Of a stretch of 31,501 bases of DNA, positions 9,428 through 16,982 are shown one piece after another. The translations under genes were made by a program, and so were the position numbers. Source of the DNA: a virus (taxonomy: Duplodnaviria > Caudoviricetes); the IMG/VR virus record IMGVR_UViG_3300017754_004657, positions 1 through 31,501 of that record; one strand, written 5' to 3'. Below the pieces are notes generated by a model, which was given only the letters and a program-made list of their open reading frames with translations, was not told the origin of the DNA and made no database searches. Every line of letters begins with the position of its first letter. Position 1 is the stretch's first letter.

Positions 9428-11794
9428 ATGGCAAATACAGTAAGAATAATTCCTGAATCTGGTAGCATTACTTTTGCGAGTAATATTGCTACTCCTTCAT
9501 CTAGTTTAGGAGTAACCCAAATAACTACTCGAATTGAAAATGATGGAACTTTTTCTGTTATTTCAGGTTCTCAAACATTATTAAATATAGATCCTTCAAA
9601 TAATAGCTTATCAGTTAATAATAATACTTTATTTAAAATTCCAATTAAAACTTCAGCAACTACTGGAGAAATAGCATTTGATGATAACAATTATAGTATT
9701 ATTAGTGGTGGAGTTAGTAGTAAAGGTTTAAAAGGAAATACAGGTGAACAAGGTATTCAAGGTCCTACAGTAGCAGGTGAAAAAGGTAATACTGGAGCAC
9801 AAGGTCCCCAAGGTCCTATAGGCGATAACGGGCCTAAAGGACAAAAAGGAGAAATTGGTCCTAAAGGTGATACAGGAGCTCAAGGTCCTATTGGTGCTAG
9901 TGGTGCTACTGGTGCTCAAGGTCCAACAGTAAATGGTGATCAAGGTACTCAAGGTCCACAAGGAACAGTTGGACAAAAAGGAGAACAAGGAGTTCCTGGT
10001 ACTCAAGGTATTCAAGGTCCTACAGTAGCAGGAGATCCTGGAGAAAAAGGATCTCAAGGTCTTATTGGAGATAAAGGAGCTCAAGGAAATCAAGGACCTA
10101 TAGGAAATAAAGGTCCTGTTGGTGTTAAAGGACCTACAGGCCCCCAAGGTCCTCAAGGTCCTGGAGGAGCTAATGGAGCTCCTGGAGCTATAGGTTCTAA
10201 AGGAGCTGTAGGAGCAAATGGCCCACAAGGATTAACTGGCCCTAAAGGAAACACAGGCGCAAACGGAGATCCAGGCCCAAAAGGAAGTACAGGGGCCGGC
10301 GGAGACACAGGTATTCAAGGTCCTAAAGGAGTAACAGGAGATCCCGGAGTTATAGGTAATCCCGGAGCAACAGGTGCTCAAGGTCCAGTTGGTCCCAAAG
10401 GAGGAACAGGTGCTACTGGTGCTCCTGGCTCTATAGGCCCTAAAGGAGAATCAGGTGCTACAGGTGCCCCCGGCGCTATTGGTTCTAAAGGACCAACAGG
10501 TTCTCAAGGTCCTACAGGTCCTAAAGGAAACAAAGGAGTACAAGGCCCTTCAGCTACACCTGGAGCACCAGGTCCAGTAGGAGCACCCGGTCCTATAGGA
10601 GCAGGGGGAGATACAGGTCCAGTAGGAGCACCGGGTGCTTTAGGTAATACTGGTCCTAAAGGAAACAAAGGAGTACAAGGTCCTACAGGTGCTATTGGTG
10701 CTAAAGGCCCAACAGGTTCTCAAGGCTCTCCAGGTCCTACTGGTGCTACCGGTCCTGTAGGAGCTCCTGGTGCTAATGGTCCACAAGGTCCCACAGGTCC
10801 TGGAGGAGATACTGGTAGTGGTGGTGCAACAGGTGCTCAAGGTCCTACAGGCCCTACTGGTAATACCGGAGCAACAGGTGCACCCGGCCCTGTAGGAGCT
10901 ACAGGTCCAACAGGAGCAGGAGGAGCTACAGGATCACCTGGAGACACAGGTCCTACAGGTGCTAAAGGTGTACAAGGTCCTGGTGGTCCTAAAGGAAACA
11001 AAGGTCCAACAGGTGCTCAAGGTCCCCAAGGTGCTGATGGTAATAGTGGTGCTACTGGGGCACCAGGACCTATTGGTGGTACCGGAGCTACTGGTCCTCA
11101 AGGTCCTACAGGTCCTGGAGGTGCAAAAGGAGTTCAAGGCCCTACAGGTCCAACAGGAGCACCTGGTAATGTAGGTGCACCTGGACCAATAGGCCCCACA
11201 GGTAATCCAGGTGGAGCTGGAGCTAAAGGTCCTATAGGTGCAACAGGTCCCACTGGATCACAAGGCCCAGGTGGAGTATCAGGTGCTACAGGAGCGCCTG
11301 GTCCCGTAGGTGCCCCTGGGCCTATAGGTCCAACAGGAGCCCCAGGTAATAGTGGTGCTAAAGGTCCAGCAGGTGCCCAAGGAGCACCGGGTGTTGTTGG
11401 TGCTAAAGGTCCACAAGGAGGTAATGGTCCAACTGGAGCACCAGGTCCTATAGGTCCAGTAGGTCCAGTAGGAGCCCCAGGCCCGATAGGAGCACCAGGC
11501 CCAGTAGGTTCTCAAGGTCCATCAGGTCCTAATTCACCAGGAGCTCCAGGTCCAGTAGGTCCTATAGGTCCTACCGGCCCTGCAGGTCCTCCAGGAGCAA
11601 CCGGTCCAACTGGAGCTCCAGGTCCTGTTGGAGCACCCGGTCCAAGTGCTGTATCTTATGGTACCACTACTTATGGTGGTTTTACTGGTACTTTACTTAT
11701 AGGAAACAATGATGGTAGAGGTAATTTAGCCACCCCTTGGATATCTATAAATCATAGTGGAGGAGCAGTTGTTTCTCTTAGTTACTCTCCATAA
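9428..11794 (+). CDS. Collagen-like protein 3 (788 aa)
   Basis: N-domain [17 protein letters not shown] (first 17 aa identical to collagen 2); Gly-X-Y from about 9725 to 11647 (about 641 aa), with GPTVAG/GPTVNG interruptions. Confidence 0.95.
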   Translation: MANTVRIIPESGSITFASNIATPSSSLGVTQITTRIENDGTFSVISGSQTLLNIDPSNNSLSVNNNTLFKIPIKTSATTGEIAFDDNNYSIISGGVSSKGLKGNTGEQGIQGPTVAGEKGNTGAQGPQGPIGDNGPKGQKGEIGPKGDTGAQGPIGASGATGAQGPTVNGDQGTQGPQGTVGQKGEQGVPGTQGIQGPTVAGDPGEKGSQGLIGDKGAQGNQGPIGNKGPVGVKGPTGPQGPQGPGGANGAPGAIGSKGAVGANGPQGLTGPKGNTGANGDPGPKGSTGAGGDTGIQGPKGVTGDPGVIGNPGATGAQGPVGPKGGTGATGAPGSIGPKGESGATGAPGAIGSKGPTGSQGPTGPKGNKGVQGPSATPGAPGPVGAPGPIGAGGDTGPVGAPGALGNTGPKGNKGVQGPTGAIGAKGPTGSQGSPGPTGATGPVGAPGANGPQGPTGPGGDTGSGGATGAQGPTGPTGNTGATGAPGPVGATGPTGAGGATGSPGDTGPTGAKGVQGPGGPKGNKGPTGAQGPQGADGNSGATGAPGPIGGTGATGPQGPTGPGGAKGVQGPTGPTGAPGNVGAPGPIGPTGNPGGAGAKGPIGATGPTGSQGPGGVSGATGAPGPVGAPGPIGPTGAPGNSGAKGPAGAQGAPGVVGAKGPQGGNGPTGAPGPIGPVGPVGAPGPIGAPGPVGSQGPSGPNSPGAPGPVGPIGPTGPAGPPGATGPTGAPGPVGAPGPSAVSYGTTTYGGFTGTLLIGNNDGRGNLATPWISINHSGGAVVSLSYSP

Positions 11795-11811
11795 TCTTAA
11801 TAATTTTTTTA

Positions 11812-11820
11812 ATATTTATA
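11812..11820 (+). promoter_or_regulatory. Putative late-promoter motif heading the modification-enzyme cluster
   Basis: ATATTTATA 14 nt before ATG 11835. Confidence 0.5.
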
Positions 11821-11834
11821 TTAAATAGTTATTT

Positions 11835-14306
11835 ATGAAAATAGTTTTATATACAGGATATCATTCTAAACATTGGAATCCTGAATCTTATTTAACAACC
11901 GGATTAGGAGGTACTGAACAAGCTTTATTTTCTTTAGCTTATCAATTAGCAATTAAAGGTAGTGAAATATATGTAGTAGGAGAAATAATAGAGGGTGACT
12001 ATGGTTACCCTCTAGTTAAAAATGACAAATATAAGGTTAAATATAGAACTACTGAAAACTTTAAAAAAGAAATAGGTAATAAAAAAATAGATTGGATTAT
12101 AGCAGCTAGTTATATTCATTATTTAAAAGAATTTGAAGATTTAAATTATAACCAGTCTATATTTTGGGCTCATAATATTGATTATTTTCCTTGGTGGAAT
12201 GGAGAAGAATTACCTAACCAAGGGCGTGATTTACTTCTTCATAAAAAACTTACTTATATAGTATGTCAAACTAAATGGCATAAAAATAAATTTATAGAAC
12301 AATTTCCTGAATCTGCTAATAAAATTAAAATTATAGGAAATGGTATTAATACAGATTTAATTTGGATCCAAAAACTTATAACTAAAGACAAACTCCCAGT
12401 TTTAGATAAACCTTATGCTTTAGAAGAAAATCTTAAAGCTCAAGATGAAAGAGTAACAACTAAGTTTTATGCTAAAATCCCAAATTCTTTTGTTTATACT
12501 TCTCATGCCGAACGTGGATTAGCTAAAGTACTAGAGGATTGGCCTAAAATTAAAGAAAAATTTCCAAATGCTTATTTAAAAATATCTACTCCTGAGTATG
12601 GTTTAGAATATTTTGAAGAGAATTTTTTTTCTTTATTAGATAACTTGGATGATGTAGAATTTCTTGGTACATTGGGTCGACAAGAATATATAGAATTATT
12701 AAAAAGTAGTGAATATTGGTACTATCCTTCTGATTATGAAGAAACCTTTTGTATAACTGCTCTTGAAATGTTAGCTTGTATGGTAAAACCCGTTACCTAT
12801 GAAGCTGCAGGTTTAAAAGAGACATTACATGGTTTTAATTTAGAAGATTTTGATGATGAAATAGATTTAGATGCAGCTAATTATTGGGCATGGAGAAACA
12901 GATGGAGAGTAGTTACAAAAAAATGGTTAAAATTAATAAAACAACCTAGTATGATTGACTTTGCTTATATTACTACAATAGAAGATAATTACAATCACAT
13001 TACCAACAAATTAACTCAGGTTAATATTCCTAATGAATGGAAATACTGGATTAAAGATGGTTTTGATGCTAAAAAATTTACTCTTGATACTTATAAACAA
13101 CTTGGAGTTAAAAAAAATCCTCTTTGGAAAATTGATCATTCTGTAGATTGGTATAAAAGAGAAGTTACAGATGGAGAAGTAGGGTGTGCTCTATCTCATA
13201 TTGATATTTGGGTTGATACTTACAATGATGCCCGTGAAGCTACTCTTATTTTAGAAGACGATTTTCTTATAGAAGAACAAGTACCTTGGAATGAAGTTTA
13301 TGAATTATTAGACGAAGGATTTGATATTGTTTATTTAGGTAGATACCAGGTAAATTCATCTTCTTCAGAAAAAGAAATAAATGGTCATCCTATGTGGGTA
13401 TATCCTGAATATTCATATAATACTCATGCTTATGTATTATCTAAAAAAGGAGCTCAAATTCTTGTAGAAAATTGGATAGATATTTATAAGAAAAATATTT
13501 TTGCTCTTGATGAATTTTTTGGGGTTCTTTCAGGCACTACAGCTAGAACTGATATTTTAAATCAATTTAAAGATTTACCTAAATTAAAGTTTGCTGCCCC
13601 TAAAATAAATTTTATTAAACAAGAATCTAATCGCTTTAGTACTGAAATTAACGTGGTTAACAATGAAGAATTAAATAATTATATGGTTAACGAATATATA
13701 AACCCTAACGAAATTTTAGACGCTAGTGATTGGAATGCTTGGTGCCAAAAATATATCAATCCTTATCTTTTAAAAGGCCAACATCAGTTAATGACTGATG
13801 AAATCGGTCCTAATATTATTGAATTTCCTTTATTTACAGAAAAATTCTGTAAAGAAATTATAGCATTAGCTGAAGCTAATACTTGGGTAACTGATAGACA
13901 TTATTTTTTTCCTACAACTGACCAAACTATGGAAAGTTTAGGTATGCAAGAAATTTACCAAAGAGTATTAGAACAATTTGTTTACCCTATTTGGATTTGG
14001 TTCTGGGAACTTGATGGTGAAGATTGGCCTAAACTCGGTAGTGAAAACTTTATAGCTAAATATGATACTCTTAACCAAGGAAGTCTAGGAATTCACCACG
14101 ATCAATCAGCTATTACTTTAAACGTAAAACTAAATGATGATTACGAGGGCGGTGGAACTTTCATACCTCGCTATAAACAAACGTATCAAGCCAAAAAGAT
14201 AGGCCATGCTATGGCTCATCCTGGTCAAATTACTCACAAACACGGAGGACGTCCCGTAACAGAAGGAACCCGATATATTTTAGTAACATTTACAAACAAA
14301 CCCTAA
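11835..14306 (+). CDS. Three-domain enzyme: GT4-like (GT-B) glycosyltransferase + GT25 (procollagen galactosyltransferase-like) + PLOD-like lysyl hydroxylase (2OG-Fe(II))
   Basis: GT-B: GLGGTEQA, YTSHAERGL, ETFCITALE (EX7E). GT25: GEVGCALSHIDIW, ILEDD, DIVYLGR, EYSYNTHAYVLSKKGA, DEFF. PLOD-like: FPLFTEKFC, PTTD, NFIAKY, HHDQSAITLNVKLNDDYEGGG, HPGQITHKHGGRPVTEGTRYILVTF. Confidence 0.9.
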   Translation: MKIVLYTGYHSKHWNPESYLTTGLGGTEQALFSLAYQLAIKGSEIYVVGEIIEGDYGYPLVKNDKYKVKYRTTENFKKEIGNKKIDWIIAASYIHYLKEFEDLNYNQSIFWAHNIDYFPWWNGEELPNQGRDLLLHKKLTYIVCQTKWHKNKFIEQFPESANKIKIIGNGINTDLIWIQKLITKDKLPVLDKPYALEENLKAQDERVTTKFYAKIPNSFVYTSHAERGLAKVLEDWPKIKEKFPNAYLKISTPEYGLEYFEENFFSLLDNLDDVEFLGTLGRQEYIELLKSSEYWYYPSDYEETFCITALEMLACMVKPVTYEAAGLKETLHGFNLEDFDDEIDLDAANYWAWRNRWRVVTKKWLKLIKQPSMIDFAYITTIEDNYNHITNKLTQVNIPNEWKYWIKDGFDAKKFTLDTYKQLGVKKNPLWKIDHSVDWYKREVTDGEVGCALSHIDIWVDTYNDAREATLILEDDFLIEEQVPWNEVYELLDEGFDIVYLGRYQVNSSSSEKEINGHPMWVYPEYSYNTHAYVLSKKGAQILVENWIDIYKKNIFALDEFFGVLSGTTARTDILNQFKDLPKLKFAAPKINFIKQESNRFSTEINVVNNEELNNYMVNEYINPNEILDASDWNAWCQKYINPYLLKGQHQLMTDEIGPNIIEFPLFTEKFCKEIIALAEANTWVTDRHYFFPTTDQTMESLGMQEIYQRVLEQFVYPIWIWFWELDGEDWPKLGSENFIAKYDTLNQGSLGIHHDQSAITLNVKLNDDYEGGGTFIPRYKQTYQAKKIGHAMAHPGQITHKHGGRPVTEGTRYILVTFTNKP

Positions 14307-14309
14307 ACA

Positions 14310-14921
14310 ATGAATAATTTATATACATTTCCTATAAATCTAGAAGCTAATCAAACTAATTATTATTGGTTTGAACAAGGTTTTAGCCCTGAAGAATTAA
14401 GTGAAATCGAAAGATTAGTAGGTGATATTCCTTATACTAGAGGAGTTACTCAAACTAATGTTGATGATTCTGAAACTTTTAAAGAAGATTCATATCGTAA
14501 AAGTAATATTAAGTGGGTTCCATTTAGTGAACAATATAAGTGGATTTACGATAAAATTGGTTGGATGGCTAATGAAGCTAATGAAAATATGTTTAAATTT
14601 GACCTATTTTCAATGCCAGAACAAATCCAATATACTGAATATTACGACCATGAACAAGGTCATTATGATTGGCATATGGATATAGGTCACGGAACTTTAT
14701 CTCAAAGAAAAATTAGTGTTACAGTACAACTTAGCCACCCAGATGAATATGAAGGTGGTGATTTGCAATTATGGCCTGGTGGTACTTATCCTATTAATGC
14801 ACCTCGTGGTAAAGGTAATGTAGTAATTTTCCCATCATTTATGATGCACCGAGTTACTCCTATTATTAAAGGTACTCGCAAATCATTTGTTCTTTGGTTA
14901 GGAGGAGGTCATTATAAATAA
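14310..14921 (+). CDS. 2OG-Fe(II) oxygenase (PKHD-type / prolyl 4-hydroxylase-like)
   Basis: YDWHMD (HxD), RKISVTVQLS..EYEGGDL, IFPSFMMHRVTP (distal His), GTRKS (RxS 2OG-binding). Confidence 0.85.
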   Translation: MNNLYTFPINLEANQTNYYWFEQGFSPEELSEIERLVGDIPYTRGVTQTNVDDSETFKEDSYRKSNIKWVPFSEQYKWIYDKIGWMANEANENMFKFDLFSMPEQIQYTEYYDHEQGHYDWHMDIGHGTLSQRKISVTVQLSHPDEYEGGDLQLWPGGTYPINAPRGKGNVVIFPSFMMHRVTPIIKGTRKSFVLWLGGGHYK

Positions 14922-15673
14922 TGAAAATAGCCATTTGTTTAAGTGGATTACCCCGCCAGTACAAAGCAGGGTATGAAGAATTAAAAAAATGGTTTTTAGA
15001 CCGGTATGATTGTGACATGTATCTACACACTTGGTATGATACACAAAGTACATTTCATACCGGTCATAAATTTTCCCCTAAAATATCATACCAATTCACT
15101 GAGGAAAATTATAATGAACTTTTAGAATTATATCAACCAAAAGATTATACATTTCAAAAACCTATTCCTTTTGATGCTAATGGTATAGTTTCTAAACTTG
15201 GAGTAAAATTAAATGTATCATTATCTACATTTTATTCTTTACAACATAGCTTTAATTTAATTAGAGAATCTGGTATAGAATATGATTATATAATCCGAAC
15301 CAGATTTGATTTAAAATTTACAGATTATATTTCTCCTAAATGTGAGTTACTTAAAGATATTTCTTTATTAGATCCTAATCAATTAAACTATTTCCAATAT
15401 TCCGATGACCCAAATGTTAGAATTGCTGAAATAGATGATTTATTTGCTATAGGGGGATTTGAAGTAATGGATGTATATTGTAATACTTTTTCTTATGTTC
15501 TTAATTATTTGTATATGAATCAAGAATATAAAGAATGGTTAAATAATTTAGTACCTGATCCTGAACCTTTAGTAAACGAATCACTACTTAAATTTCATTT
15601 ACTTAACAATAATATTAGTTTAAACCCAATTTCTAGTTTAACAGAATATTTTACAGCTCATATAATGAGGTAG
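14921..15673 (+). CDS. Uncharacterised protein, putative glycosyltransferase (KIAxxxSGxPR family), paralog A
   Basis: MKIAICLSGLPR...YLHTW...YDYIIRTRFDL...DDLFAIG...NESLL; a motif set I associate with viral glycosylation clusters. Confidence 0.55.
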   Translation: MKIAICLSGLPRQYKAGYEELKKWFLDRYDCDMYLHTWYDTQSTFHTGHKFSPKISYQFTEENYNELLELYQPKDYTFQKPIPFDANGIVSKLGVKLNVSLSTFYSLQHSFNLIRESGIEYDYIIRTRFDLKFTDYISPKCELLKDISLLDPNQLNYFQYSDDPNVRIAEIDDLFAIGGFEVMDVYCNTFSYVLNYLYMNQEYKEWLNNLVPDPEPLVNESLLKFHLLNNNISLNPISSLTEYFTAHIMR

Positions 15674-15675
15674 TT

Positions 15676-16419
15676 ATGAAAATAGCAATGACAATAAGTG
15701 GCCAGCCAAGAAGTGCTGATGAAGGTTTTATAGAATGTAAAAAATGGTTATTAGATAAATACGATATTGATGTTTATCTACATGCTTGGAACGATAAAGA
15801 ATTTTTTAAATATGATTTCTTTAATGAAGGTAAAATTAAGCATGTATATAAACCCTCAGAAAAACTTTATAGTAATATTTTAGATTGGTATCAACCTAAA
15901 GATTATTTATTTGAAAAAGCTATTAAATTTGATGCTACTGATATAAAAGGAAGTAATAATCAAAGATTAAATTCACAATTAGGTATGTGGATGTCTTTAA
16001 AGCGTGCTTGGGATTTAGTAGAGGCAAGTGGTATTAAATATGATTATATAATCCGTACAAGATACGATTTAAAGTTTACAGATCATGTAAGTGAAGATTG
16101 CCCATTAATAAATGATATATTAAATTTAGATCCTAACCAAGTACATTTATTTGATTATACAAATGATAATCATCGTAAGTTAAATGTTAATGATTTATTT
16201 GCTGTAGGGGGGTATGATGTAATGAAAATTTATCATAATCTTTTTATTGATCAAATTTATTACCATTTTATAGATCCTGTATACGATGAATGGTTAACTG
16301 GTTTAGATAAATTTGTAAATGAAACTATTTTACTTCACCATTTAAACACATATAAAGTACCAATTAATAGAATATATTCAGGAACCGAAGAAGATTCAGA
16401 CGCTATAGTAATAAGATAA
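15676..16419 (+). CDS. Uncharacterised protein, putative glycosyltransferase, paralog B
   Basis: MKIAMTISGQPR...YLHAW...YDYIIRTRYDLKFTD...NDLFAVG...NETIL; colinear with 14921..15673. Confidence 0.55.
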   Translation: MKIAMTISGQPRSADEGFIECKKWLLDKYDIDVYLHAWNDKEFFKYDFFNEGKIKHVYKPSEKLYSNILDWYQPKDYLFEKAIKFDATDIKGSNNQRLNSQLGMWMSLKRAWDLVEASGIKYDYIIRTRYDLKFTDHVSEDCPLINDILNLDPNQVHLFDYTNDNHRKLNVNDLFAVGGYDVMKIYHNLFIDQIYYHFIDPVYDEWLTGLDKFVNETILLHHLNTYKVPINRIYSGTEEDSDAIVIR

Positions 16420-16421
16420 TT

Positions 16422-16982
16422 ATGAAAACATTTGTAGAAATAGGAAGTTCATATTTTAATACTTTAAGAGAATTATGTGATAAAGGGTGGAAAGGAGTTA
16501 TGGTAGACCCCTTAGAAATCGCTCTAAACAAAGTTCCAGACCACGATAATTTAATTAAAGTGACTGGGGCTATTGATGTTGATTTTAGTGTTAAAAAACT
16601 AACAAAAGTTAAAGATGAATATTGGGATAATATTCATGATACTGATTATTTAGGAATGGCTAGTATTGGAGTAAATGCTCCTATAAAAAAAGCTAAACCT
16701 GAATATATTGAAGAAATAGATGTAGCATGTGTTCCTTTTAATTTTTTAATGAAACAGTTAAATATTACAAAAATTAATTATTTAAAAATAGATACTGAAG
16801 GACTTGATTTTGATATTCTCAAATCTATAGATTTTAATTCTATTAATATTAACCTTATTAAAGTAGAACACGAACATATCCCAGATCAAGGTTATACTTT
16901 AAAAGAAATGGTTGATTTTTTAAAAGAAAATAATTATATTGTAGAAATCTTTGAAACAGATATAGTAGCAATTAAAGCATGA
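16422..16982 (+). CDS. FkbM-family SAM-dependent methyltransferase
   Basis: FVEIGS, GWKGVMVDP, KINYLKIDTEGLDFDILKSIDF, IKVEH. Confidence 0.8.
   Translation: MKTFVEIGSSYFNTLRELCDKGWKGVMVDPLEIALNKVPDHDNLIKVTGAIDVDFSVKKLTKVKDEYWDNIHDTDYLGMASIGVNAPIKKAKPEYIEEIDVACVPFNFLMKQLNITKINYLKIDTEGLDFDILKSIDFNSININLIKVEHEHIPDQGYTLKEMVDFLKENNYIVEIFETDIVAIKA

Noticed and set aside
4937-11515. Many alternative-frame and antisense ORFs over the collagen genes, including the Gly/Pro-periodic 8541..9227 (-)
   Set aside because: GGN/CCN codon symmetry makes antisense frames stop-poor and collagen-like; there are no independent domains or expression signals.
2-11647. Repeats as a CRISPR array or diversity-generating retroelement template/variable repeat
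   Set aside because: No constant repeat with unique spacers; the 101-bp pair has no adenine-specific mismatches; no reverse transcriptase or cas gene is in the window.
4970-11647. Higher GC than the flanks, suggesting horizontal transfer
   Set aside because: Explained by Gly/Pro/Ala codons; third positions remain A/T-rich like the rest of the window.
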